A DNA stretch of 64,000 nt. Source: Bythopirellula sp. (GTDB taxonomy: Bacteria > Planctomycetota > Planctomycetia > Pirellulales > Lacipirellulaceae). The stretch spans positions 4,480,001 through 4,544,000 of the forward strand of contig OZ244170.1 in the NCBI GenBank assembly GCA_965216565.1, read 5' to 3'. Within the stretch, counting starts at the first letter, position 1. Each line of letters starts with the position of its first letter. Of the stretch, positions 22,605 to 32,642 are shown one piece after another. The translations under genes were made by a program, and so were the position numbers. The notes beneath the pieces were generated by a model. The model saw nothing but the letters and a program-made list of their open reading frames with translations, had not been told where the DNA came from and ran no database searches.

Positions 22605-24521
22605 CTATCTGGACCGGCTTCTGCAGCTTCCAGCCAGCCCAGCCATTGCCAGCATCGACAACGCCAGGGAACTTGGCTCGGGAACTGAAGTGACAGTCGC
22701 AACCAATCCGAAGACCGATTGGTCACTGCCAGATTGTTCTTGCCAGATAAGTAGATCAAGTCCATTGGTCAGGCCATCGTTATTGGCATCGCCTTGCTCG
22801 TCCGTGCCATAGGCAAGTTCCCAAATGGCGAGGTCAAACCGATCTACCAATCCATCCGCATTGAAATCCGCCGCAAAACCATCAGGCGAAAGTTGAGGCA
22901 GAGTTGCCAGGTCCAACCGATACGCAACCTGATTGTATTCGTAGTTGGGCGTCGAGGGTGCCGAGCCGAAAAAGCCCGACGAGTAGGTGCCGTGGAAATG
23001 AACAAACTGGCCGTCGCCTTCATCAAAGAAAGGAAGCTGCGTTGGGTTGTAAAAGGAATAGGAGCCCCCCAAATCGCCGGTCGGGTCTCCGTGCGTCGCG
23101 ATCTTGATCGCATTTTTCCAAGGGCCTTCGGGAGTCGGTGCCTCGGCGTACCATACCTCGCCTAAGAAGCTTCCATTGCCTGCTGATTCGTTGCCAATCA
23201 TGATCCACTTCTGGCGATACTCATTCCAATTGACCGACGAGCGATGCAGTTTGACATCTTGGCCCGTTTCAAAATCGACTAAGCCGACCGGGGCCTCGGA
23301 ACGCGTGAGGTGGCCGTTGGTCACCATTTCCTCAAAGATCTCCGTGCCCAGGGGGTCGGTATTCTTTTTCCAGCCGTATATTGGGTTGCCGAAGCCGTCT
23401 AAGTCGAGTGGTGGGTTAGATGCGTCATAGCGAAAGTTTTCCTTCAAGGGAGTGAAGGCTTCCCACTGGGTGATGTCGTTGACTGCTGCCCAATCGTCAC
23501 GAACTCGGATATTTGGGTAGTTCTCGCCAAAGTAGATGTAGTCTTCCCCGCCGGTACTATGGCGGAAGGAATGGCCCGCCGGCACGATAGGTGGACCGGT
23601 GCCCCACTCTTGCTGTGGTGCTACCCCGTAGTCGTGGACTTTTGTAAAAGTTCCCGCGGAATGGTCGAACTGAGCCAACCCCTGTTCCAGAAGCACGAAC
23701 ACGGGAAAGAGCGACTGAACATTCACGAAGTGCGCCATGAGTTGCTCGGTGCCGTTGGGGTCTTCGACGGTAAAAACACCATCTACCCAAACGGGCTTAC
23801 CCGTCGACTGGTACTGAGGAAAAGCGGGCTTCGTTTGTCCCAGTCCATCTTCGTAGTAGGTGTAGTCGATGCCAGTACTTGGATTGAGCCCGCCACTAGT
23901 GGGCAATTCTGAGGTAGCTGCCGAAGTGAAGTAATTTCCGCCCAGCCCTCCGCCATTCTCGTACAACGAGTCGCCCCAGAACCAATGGATTTTTCCCCGC
24001 GAAACAACTGGCTGTACCGAATCTTGCCCAAGAACGTTGCCATTACTAATCGGTTCGTTGATTGGTACGTCCAGCCCAAGCTCAACGCTATCCTTGTAAA
24101 TATTGGGACCAGTGGCGCGATACAGTCTCTCGGCTCGATTATGACGGACAACAGAAATCTGACTCAGCGAGCCAGTGGTAGTCGATAACGTGTCGGACTT
24201 GCTCGCGTAGCCATAGCTGGCAAAGTCGAACTGCAGGTTCTGGTTGATCACACCTGCGTGATCGATCGCAATCATGCCCTGGCTGTCGGTGAAATAGGTC
24301 TGACCGCCGACCTTGGCTTGGACCATCGGTACGCCACGCCCGGAGACCGAGTCCACGATCTCCACGGTAAAATAGTTGGGATGCTGGGCTACTACAGAGT
24401 TAGCATTACCAACTAAATAGAGCACCCCAACAATTACGAGAGAGGCAGTCAATTGCTGAGGCAATAGCCGATTGGTGTCCACGACAAGATTGTCCCTCAC
24501 GAACCAGAAGACTTTCAACAC
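22605..24521 (-). CDS. PEP-CTERM protein with DUF4185-like propeller and dockerin-like Ca-binding repeats; start uncertain
   Basis: GQDSV..HWFWGDS..EGPW motifs; ADFNADGLVD..GDANNDGLTNGLDLLIWQ; VPEPSS tail. Confidence 0.75.
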   Translation of the reverse strand: MLKVFWFVRDNLVVDTNRLLPQQLTASLVIVGVLYLVGNANSVVAQHPNYFTVEIVDSVSGRGVPMVQAKVGGQTYFTDSQGMIAIDHAGVINQNLQFDFASYGYASKSDTLSTTTGSLSQISVVRHNRAERLYRATGPNIYKDSVELGLDVPINEPISNGNVLGQDSVQPVVSRGKIHWFWGDSLYENGGGLGGNYFTSAATSELPTSGGLNPSTGIDYTYYEDGLGQTKPAFPQYQSTGKPVWVDGVFTVEDPNGTEQLMAHFVNVQSLFPVFVLLEQGLAQFDHSAGTFTKVHDYGVAPQQEWGTGPPIVPAGHSFRHSTGGEDYIYFGENYPNIRVRDDWAAVNDITQWEAFTPLKENFRYDASNPPLDLDGFGNPIYGWKKNTDPLGTEIFEEMVTNGHLTRSEAPVGLVDFETGQDVKLHRSSVNWNEYRQKWIMIGNESAGNGSFLGEVWYAEAPTPEGPWKNAIKIATHGDPTGDLGGSYSFYNPTQLPFFDEGDGQFVHFHGTYSSGFFGSAPSTPNYEYNQVAYRLDLATLPQLSPDGFAADFNADGLVDRFDLAIWELAYGTDEQGDANNDGLTNGLDLLIWQEQSGSDQSVFGLVATVTSVPEPSSLALSMLAMAGLAGSCRSRSR

Positions 24522-24640
24522 AGTGACGGACGCTGTTGGAGAACCGCCAAAGAAATAACGCGGTACTCGCCTAGCAAACTAAACGAATACCGCGTGCCGC
24601 CCCATTGCTTTCTCTAAGCTGTTCTCTAGGCGAATTGAGT

Positions 24641-25729
24641 TTACTGGTCTCCACGGGGAAAATTCATTTTCTTTTCCAATTGGGCAAACCGCGGATCATT
24701 CCGGATACTGTCGAACCAGGGTTCCACTTGCAGGAAGACCAACTCCCAAGAGTGCTGCTCGTAGGCCTTTTCAAGCATTTCGAAGCCTTCGTCGGTTTCG
24801 CCCAATCCAAAATGCACATAGGCAATTTGCACTGGCGGAACGTAGTGCTGCGCTTCCCATTGCTTGAGCTGTCTGAGGATCCCCTGCGCTTTGACTTTTT
24901 CACCGGCTAGTGCGTAAGCATGCCCCAGCCCAGCCACGATTTCTGCTAGTCCGCCGGATAGTGAGACGGCCTTTTCGTAGGTTTCCAAAGCCTTGGGGAA
25001 TTTTTTCTGCTGCACATAGGCCATGCCGAGCCAATCGTAGGCCGGGGCGAAATCGGAATCTTGTTTGATGGCTATGGGGAGCTCTTTAACCATCCGCTCC
25101 CAATCCCGACCAAAGTACAGCACAGCTCCCATGCCGGTAATCATGCCTGGCGAATCGTCTATCTGGATGGCCCGTTGCGAGTGCTGCAAGGCCTCTTCGT
25201 GTCTGCCCCGCGATGCCAAAAAGAGAGCGTACCAATGAAGCGATTCTGCCTTCTTGGGATCAATCTGAACTGCCTCGGCAAAATGCTTTTCTGCGGCTTC
25301 CCATTCCCACTGAATAAGCTTAGCAATGCCCATGGATGTTTGGGCCCCGGCATCTTTTGGATCGAGCTCAATCGCCTGATTAGCTTGCGAGGTGAGCTTA
25401 GAGAGAATCTCGTCGCGGGGAACGAATCCAAAGCACCACAGCATCGAGTAAGCTTCGACTAGCTTAGCCCGATGTTCTGCCGATCTGGGGACGGAAACGG
25501 TCGCATACTCATACCGCTGGACCATTTCCTCGACACCCTCGCGGAAGGATTCCCCGGGATACTCCACGACAGACATCGAAATTTGTGTGCCTGTATCTTC
25601 AGCGCACAGCTTCGCGTTGGGGCAGAGCACAAAAGTGCAGCAAGTGAGACAGATTAGACGAATAGGAAGCGAGAATTGAATGTGCCTGACAAGAACAGCG
25701 TTGGCTGTAGCGGGTAGCAGCATGTTCAA
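24641..25729 (-). CDS. Secreted TPR protein
   Basis: Signal-like N-terminus; TPR repeats; C-terminal ...VEPWFDSIRNDPRF motif. Confidence 0.8.
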   Translation of the reverse strand: MNMLLPATANAVLVRHIQFSLPIRLICLTCCTFVLCPNAKLCAEDTGTQISMSVVEYPGESFREGVEEMVQRYEYATVSVPRSAEHRAKLVEAYSMLWCFGFVPRDEILSKLTSQANQAIELDPKDAGAQTSMGIAKLIQWEWEAAEKHFAEAVQIDPKKAESLHWYALFLASRGRHEEALQHSQRAIQIDDSPGMITGMGAVLYFGRDWERMVKELPIAIKQDSDFAPAYDWLGMAYVQQKKFPKALETYEKAVSLSGGLAEIVAGLGHAYALAGEKVKAQGILRQLKQWEAQHYVPPVQIAYVHFGLGETDEGFEMLEKAYEQHSWELVFLQVEPWFDSIRNDPRFAQLEKKMNFPRGDQ

Positions 25730-25820
25730 CCTGATTTACACTCCCTTCAAAATCTTGCGATCGCACACGATCGATGCGCATTCATCGTCCAACACATGTC
25801 TCGTATTAGTGCGGCAACTG

Positions 25821-26897
25821 CTATCTGTGCCTATGCTTTCGACGCCTACCTAGCAGCAGGCTACCCGCAAATGCACCGATTCCCAGGGCGATGGTACCCG
25901 GTTCGGGCACGCTGGCAATGTTGGCACCGAGCGATGTCTGCCCATATTCGCCTTCCCAGATAGCTAGATCATTGCTTGTGATCACATTGTTGTTGTCGAA
26001 GTCACCCTCACTCTTGGTGGCCGTTAGAGTCGAATTGAAGGTAGTATCAACTTCGCCGAGAGCCTGGATGATGCTTGTGGTAGGAACTTGAACTAGTCGG
26101 CTCACCTGCCAGGCTAGGAAGTCGAGGCCCGTAGTCATCCCGTCCGCATCCGCATCTGCAGCCAAGTCGAGATCGACAAGCGTGCCTTCAAAGCGGACTT
26201 CTGCAAGACCAACATATGGCTCGGGATTGTTCGGATCACTGCCGGGAGCATTCGGATCAAAATGGTTGGAATTGATGATCAGTCGCACGCGACGAATCCC
26301 TTTCACACTATTGGGATCAAACGAAACTACCTGAGCATTATTTAAATCTAGGCCAGTGTCGGCGTTCAGATTGAATGTGGTACCAACCGCGGTAAAGGTA
26401 TTGCCAGTGCGGTCGGGGCTGACCTGAATCTCATATTCATCGAGCCCGCGCGTGTCTGCGGATCCGTCCTCGTTGGCATTCCAGATATGCATGTCGGTGA
26501 GATCGTAGGAGCCATCGAATTCGAACTCTACAATTTGACCGTCTGGAGGATTGACGGCAAAGGGGTCGCTACAATTGCCGTTTGGATCTTCCAGCGAACC
26601 GCCATCAATCCCGCCGTCGAAGCAACCTGTAATCCACCCAGTGGGAGGTGCTCCACTAAATCCACCGTAGACGTCATGATCGTCGTCCAGGATGCCAGGG
26701 CCTCCTGCCGAGATTAGGCCAAAGCTTGTGAGCCCCACAGCGGGCCCTTGGTCGCCGTTCACTAAGTTTTCGAGGTTACTTCCAACGCCAAATTGGCTCG
26801 TGCCTCTCACATCAGAGGGCTTGATGACATCGGCGTGTACTGTGCCGACGGCAAGCAGGGCGACTAGCAGGCTGGCTGTTGTTAGTTTCATGATCAT
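25821..26897 (-). CDS. PEP-CTERM protein with discoidin-like domain and dockerin-like repeats (paralogue of 21653-22336)
   Basis: VEFEFDGSYDLTDMHIWN..RRVRLIINS..GLAEVRF; DADADG..LDFLAWQ; VPEPG + TM + RRRKHRHR. Confidence 0.85.
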   Translation of the reverse strand: MIMKLTTASLLVALLAVGTVHADVIKPSDVRGTSQFGVGSNLENLVNGDQGPAVGLTSFGLISAGGPGILDDDHDVYGGFSGAPPTGWITGCFDGGIDGGSLEDPNGNCSDPFAVNPPDGQIVEFEFDGSYDLTDMHIWNANEDGSADTRGLDEYEIQVSPDRTGNTFTAVGTTFNLNADTGLDLNNAQVVSFDPNSVKGIRRVRLIINSNHFDPNAPGSDPNNPEPYVGLAEVRFEGTLVDLDLAADADADGMTTGLDFLAWQVSRLVQVPTTSIIQALGEVDTTFNSTLTATKSEGDFDNNNVITSNDLAIWEGEYGQTSLGANIASVPEPGTIALGIGAFAGSLLLGRRRKHRHR

Positions 26898-27017
26898 TCC
26901 TCAAAAAGAAAGCTGGAGTCGCGAATTGCCGCTGATGTCAATTTTCAATTGGTAAGTGACTCAACGGAAGCTGTTCCAAGCGGCAGTGAATTAAGCAGAG
27001 TTTTAGTTAGTGAGCTG

Positions 27018-27047
27018 CTCAGTCGGAATCAACTCAGTCGGAATCAA
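27018..27047. repeat. 15-bp perfect tandem duplication (CTCAGTCGGAATCAA x2)
   Basis: Directly visible in the divergent intergenic region 26898-27455. Confidence 0.9.
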
Positions 27048-27455
27048 CGAAATAAGAGAAGAGTAATGCTTATTTGGGGGGCTCTTGGTAGACGCTCGCC
27101 TACCCGAATCCCTGGTCTCAGTATCGCACGTCATTGTGGGAGTTTCAACTAATATGAGCATCGATCGCGTGAAAACGGAGCAGAAATCTAGCCAATTTGC
27201 TATAGCTTTTCTGGCTTAGGCTGCAAACTCAATTTCGAGAGAACTCTGGATCTCTCCAGGCTTAGTTTGGGCTTCTACGCCTAAATAGTGATGGTGAAAG
27301 GACTCAATCGAACATGTTATCATTGAGGGGTCGAAAGGATCACCGAAAGCGAAAGTAACACCGAAAGCAACGACGATTATCATCTACCACGAATCGGCGA
27401 TCAGCCGAAGTCTAAGACATCGTAGTGCTCTCCAATTTGAACTGAACTGGCAGCC

Positions 27456-30400
27456 ATGGCGCGACGAGGAAAAAAGAAGAAGAAGAGAAAAGCTCCTCGG
27501 AACGTGACGCCGGAGGCGGTGACGTCCGAAACCACGCAAGTGCCTTCGGACCCTCCTGCGAATCGCGTCCCCTGGAGTGCGCTAGGATTGATAGCAGTAG
27601 CCTTGGGCATTGGGCTCGCGATCTACTACCGGGCAGAGCCCCAGAATTCTCAAGACGAAAACAGAGCCGAGAATACGCAGAAGCCGTTCGTGGTGGAAGC
27701 AGATTTGAAGCCAGAGGATCTCGACTCCAAGCTCAATAACGCTACGGAGGTAAGCCTGCAACAGCAAGCAGACAGGCACCTCGACCCCAGCCTCGATGGT
27801 TGGGATACCGAAGTGATTGCCGAGCAGGCTAAGGTTCAACTCAAGCACCTCACGAAGAGATTGTCCGGCGCCGATTTGCCACGTTCCACCTGGGACGAAA
27901 TATCACCGCAGGTAGTCAGCGGGGCCCTTCGTCCCCAGTCGTTGAAAGAAGTGTTCCAAAATGGTGACTCCGGGAGCGCTATCAGGGTTAGGCGTCCGAC
28001 AGGGAACGAACCGCAGCCAGAGGTTCAAGGGCACTCAGAACTGCTCCGTGTTCTGGATGAATTGGCCGAGCCCTTTGGCTCCCAGGACGATATTCACACC
28101 AAGATAAAGGTGATACGGGTAACTGCCACGGCTGACACGGCAGAAACGACAGCGTACTACGAAGCTGATTGCCCTGTGGGGAACGGAAAGCTGCAACAGA
28201 GGGCCACTTGGCATTGCCAGTGGAAACAGACGCCGAGCGGATCTCTGCTATTGACCTCTATCAGAGCTGAGGATTTCGAAGAAGTGCTTACTGAAAGTCC
28301 CTGGTTCGTGGATTGCACGACCGCTGCACTCGGTAAGAACAAATCATTCCACGAGCAGCTCGTCTACGGGCTCAATCATTGGCTTCCTCGGCTGGGACGG
28401 GTGAAAGGTATGTTCGTTTACACTCGCAACGGGTTGAGTGTGGGAGACGTCAATGGCGATGGATTAGACGACTTGTACGTCTGTCAGCCAGGCGGACTTC
28501 CCAATCGGCTCTACATCCAGCAGCCCGATGGTACTTTGGTCGATCGCTCCCGTGAGGCGGGAGTCGACTGGCTAGACAAGACGACAAGCAGTTTGCTAAT
28601 CGACCTGGACAACGATGGCGATCAAGATCTTGCGGCGGCGACTATTTCTGGTTTGCTGATCATGGAGAACGATGGATCTGGCAAATTCAAATTGAAGAAC
28701 ACATTGGCTAGTAACGACATCGATACGCAATCAGTCTCCGCGGCCGATTACGATAACGATGGCGATCTCGACCTGTTTCTTTGCATCGAATTTGCCAGGA
28801 AGTCGACTCTAGGCCGTCAGTCGGATGTGAGGTTCGTCTATCACAATGCGAATGACGGAGCGGCGAATATCTTGTATCGCAACGATATTGCGAATAAGTC
28901 TTGGAAGTTCACCAACGTGACGAAGCAGACTGGGTTGGACGAGAACAATCGTCGTCATAGTCTGGCTTGTGCCTGGGAGGACTTCGACAACGACGGCGAC
29001 CAGGACCTCTATGTGGCGAACGACTACGGCCACAATTGCCTTTATCGAAACACCGACGGAAAGTTCGAGGACATTGCCGACGAGGTCAACGCACTCGACA
29101 CGGCCTCGGGAATGTCTGCCAGTTGGGGAGATTTCGACCACGATGGCTGGATGGACTTATACGTTGCCAACATGTTCTCCTCGGCAGGAAATCGGATCAC
29201 TCGGCAGGAGCAATTCAACTCGGGCAAGGATTCGCTGCAGGGAGTCTACTCGCGTTTTGCCAAGGGCAACACGCTGCTTCGCAATGTCAATGCCGAGCAG
29301 TTCAGCGACGTGGGGGCTGCCGCAAATGTTGAGATGGGACGCTGGGCTTGGAGCAGTGTGTTCTCCGATCTGAACAACGATTCCTGGGACGACTTGCTTG
29401 TTGCTAATGGATACATCTCGACCGAAGACTCGGGTGATTTGTGAAGTTTCTTCTGGCGGCAGGTCGTGTCGCAGGGTGGGAGTCCTACTAGCAGTGCTTC
29501 TGGCAACAGCGCTTCTGACGATCACGGTGCGCCGATGGGAGCCACGTTGCACACGTTAGTTCGTCAGGGTCGCGCCTTTAGCGGTAATGAGAAGAATTGT
29601 AGTTTTCTGAATTTGGGAGACGGAAACTTTGCCGACATCTCGGCTGTCTGCGGCTTTGATTTCCCCGACGACGGACGGGCGATCGCCCAGTGCGACTGGG
29701 ATGCTGACGGCGATGTCGATCTTTGGGTGGCAAACCGAAATGGACCTCAGGTGCGTTTCTTGAGAAACGACCTACAGTCTGGCAATCACTTCTTGTCCCT
29801 GCGTTTGGAAGGCAAAGACTGCAATCGCGATGCGATCGGAGCGCGTGTCGAGGTTGTTCTACAAGACGAATCAAACAGTCGGTTGATTAAGACTCTCAGG
29901 GCAGGAGAAGGTTTCTTGGCCCAATCGAGTAAGTGGGTTCATTTTGGGTTGGGATCGTCCGGCACGGAGGTTGATGTCAGTGTGACTTGGCCGGGCGGGG
30001 AGAAGGAGTCTTTCGGCTTGGTGGCGGCAGACGGTCGCTACTTGCTCGTCCAACACGCAGGACAAGCTCAGCCTGTATCGTCCCCAGCGCAAGGACAGGA
30101 TTTAAAACCTGAAACACTAAGAAAGCGCAAGACGGAGTCTGTGGCGCGAATACACTCCGCGGCAAAGATGCCTATGCCCGCTGTCAAATACGAAACGTTT
30201 GAGGGGCAGAAACGTCTTCTTGACTTTCACAACAGTGGGAAGCCAATTTTAATCAATCTCTGGGCGAGTTGGTGTCGAGCGTGTTTGGTCGAGTTGAAAG
30301 AGTTTGCTGAGCACTCGCAAGAGATAGAGGACTCGGGCCTGGAGATGTGGGCGCTATCGGTCGACAGACTTGATCTTGAAAAAGGCGACGAGTCTAACGT

Positions 30401-31193
30401 AGCCCCTGGGCAGTTGCAGGGCCTAGGCTTCGCGGGAAAAGCGGGTTGGGCCACTGAGAATACAACCGAAATTCTGCGTCTCATCAGGGAGCATCTGTTT
30501 GATACTCACCAGCCGATGCCGCTTCCCACAAGCATGTTGATCGATGCAAAAGGCCGCGTTTCCACAATTTATTATGGGCCCGTGCGTGTCGAGCAACTTT
30601 TAGAAGACGTAGCTTTGCTAGAAGAGTCGCTGCGAGCAGAGACGATGCCATTCCCAGGTCGGTGGCGAACTACTCCCCGCGGGATGAGTCCACTCGATCT
30701 TGTGTGGCAGATGGTTGAATCCGGCTATCAAGCACAAGCGATCGACTACGTCCAGCACCATCGGCCCTTAATCGAAAACCAGTACAAGGCTCCTAAGCTG
30801 TTTGTTCTTATCGGCAACAATGAGTTGAGCCGAGGGAATGCGGAGAATGCAGTCCGCTATTACAAAGACGCACTCGCGCTCGACGTGGATTATGACGAGG
30901 CCCTGAATAATCTCGCTTGGGTCTTAGCGACCAATCCAGATGAGAAATTGCGGGACGGCAAAGAAGCCGTGCGACTAGCGAGTGCGGCTGTGAGCCAGAA
31001 ACGGGGAAATACAATTTCTATGTTAGCCACCCTCTCTGTGGCCTATGCCGAGGATGGACAATTCGAGCAGGCGGTGCAAGTCGCGGAAGAGGCACAGGAA
31101 CTTGCTCGGGCCCAAGGCCATCAAGCGTTGGTCAAAGAATTGGAAAAACGTATTCGGGGCTTCAAAGAAGGCAGGCCTCATCGTTCCCCCTAA
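27456..31193 (+). CDS. Candidate selenoprotein: TM anchor + FG-GAP/CRTAC1 propeller + ASPIC/UnbV + TlpA-like redoxin (WCRAC) + TPR, read through TGA at 29442-29444 (1245 aa). Otherwise two ORFs, 27456-29444 and 29466-31193
   Basis: Both ORFs are in the same frame, joined by TGA AGT TTC TTC TGG CGG CAG GTC GTG (DL*SFFWRQVV). FG-GAP repeats (GDVNGDGLDDLY, DFDNDGDQDLYVAND) continue after the stop (DWDADGDVDLWVANR). ASPIC NRDAIGARVEV..VHFGLG; INLWASWCRAC; ALNNLAWVLAT. Domain calls are high confidence; read-through is moderate. Confidence 0.7.
29453..29474 (+). promoter_or_regulatory. Putative bacterial SECIS hairpin
   Basis: CU-(G bulge)-GCGGCA[GGUCG]UGUCGC-AG. The loop starts 17 nt after the UGA and shares GCAGGUC with the E. 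coli fdhF SECIS apex. Confidence 0.6.
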
Positions 31194-31254
31194 TGCACCA
31201 TGAACTTGATGCACCCTGAACTGTTTTGAAACGAAGAAGCCCGAAGGCAACGCA

Positions 31255-32382
31255 ATGTACAGACGCCGATTTCTTAAAAATCTTGCCACCAGCGGGTGCG
31301 GATTGTCACTCATTACATTGTTCGATCAGGATTGTGCCTTAGGAAAAGAGACCGCGGAAGGTTCGCTGTGCCAATCGGTTCGCAACCTGGGACCCCAGTT
31401 TCTCGAGAATCCATTGCGGATCACTGGCCAAGACGGGGCGACCTCTTGTCTCTTGCCTAGCGGAGATAGCCTTTGGCTTTTTGGCGATACCATGGAGGGC
31501 CCGTTCGAGTCGATCCGACATCACGATTTGACCCATGTCTTATCAAGTACTGCAGCGATTGTGTCCGCCCAGGACTACTCGCAGGGGATCAAGAGCTTCG
31601 AGTACCTCAAGGACTCCGATGGAAAGCGTGCACGACAGATTGTGAAGTTCGCCGAGGATGAAGACAAATCGCAACATCGTCTCTGGCCGATCCATAGCAC
31701 TTGCGTCGCGGACAACGTTTATGCGTTCTATCACAAGATCACCATGGACCCGCAGCGGGATGTGTTCGAAACCTTTGAGCTCAACGGAATGGGTATCGCC
31801 CGTGCCAAGATTGGCGAATTTCAGTTCGAGAGACTCGATGCACCAGACGGCTCCAAAGAATTCTGGAAAGGCGACCAGCCAGGATTTGGCGTTTTCACCG
31901 AGCAACTTCCCGATGGCTATCTCTACCTTTGGGGGAGTTATTGGACCGGCATGTTCCTGGCCCGTACGCGGGCGGAACAAATTGAAAAGTTGGAGAGTTA
32001 CGAATACCTGGTCGAAGCCCCAACGCTAGATAGTCCCCAGGCCGAGCCCAAGTGGGATAAGTCCCCGAAGCATGCGTTACCGCTCTTCGATAACGTGCCT
32101 AATGAGATGTCTGCCTCCTACAATCCCTATCTGGGCAAACATGTCGCGATTCATGTTTGGGGCCGAGAGAACAAATTGGTGATCCGCACCGCACCGGAAA
32201 TCTACGGACCCTGGAGCGAGCCAGAGGTGTTCTTCGAGCCACCTCGCCTCGGCGAAGCAGATCTATTTACCGCGGGGAAGGAACATCCCGAGATGCGACA
32301 AGCTAACGGCAAAAAGGTCTATGTGACTTATGTGAATTCAGCGCAATATATCCCAGTATTACTAGAAGTAACCCTGCGTTAG
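31255..32382 (+). CDS. DUF4185 family protein, Tat-exported (putative glycosidase)
   Basis: MYRRRFL Tat motif; GQDGATS..LWLFGDT..EMSASYNPYLGK..YGPWSEP..GKEHPE. Confidence 0.8.
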   Translation: MYRRRFLKNLATSGCGLSLITLFDQDCALGKETAEGSLCQSVRNLGPQFLENPLRITGQDGATSCLLPSGDSLWLFGDTMEGPFESIRHHDLTHVLSSTAAIVSAQDYSQGIKSFEYLKDSDGKRARQIVKFAEDEDKSQHRLWPIHSTCVADNVYAFYHKITMDPQRDVFETFELNGMGIARAKIGEFQFERLDAPDGSKEFWKGDQPGFGVFTEQLPDGYLYLWGSYWTGMFLARTRAEQIEKLESYEYLVEAPTLDSPQAEPKWDKSPKHALPLFDNVPNEMSASYNPYLGKHVAIHVWGRENKLVIRTAPEIYGPWSEPEVFFEPPRLGEADLFTAGKEHPEMRQANGKKVYVTYVNSAQYIPVLLEVTLR

Positions 32383-32642
32383 ATGTCTTGAGTCATAAGC
32401 TGCGAGTTTAAATAGATCGATCATTTCAAGGGTGTTTTTAGAGTCTTTCTAATTCCATTAGAACACGTTAGTTGCTAATTTGTATTCTATAGGCCGGGGC
32501 TCCCGCTGCATCACTTTTCCGTGCAGAGCGACAAGAGTTGGCTAGCGATTACAATGGCCAATCGGCTGAACCCTATATTTTTTATCTTCTTATTTAGTCC
32601 TTTTCCTTATTCGATCGACGTGAGTCCGAGAGGAGATTTGCG

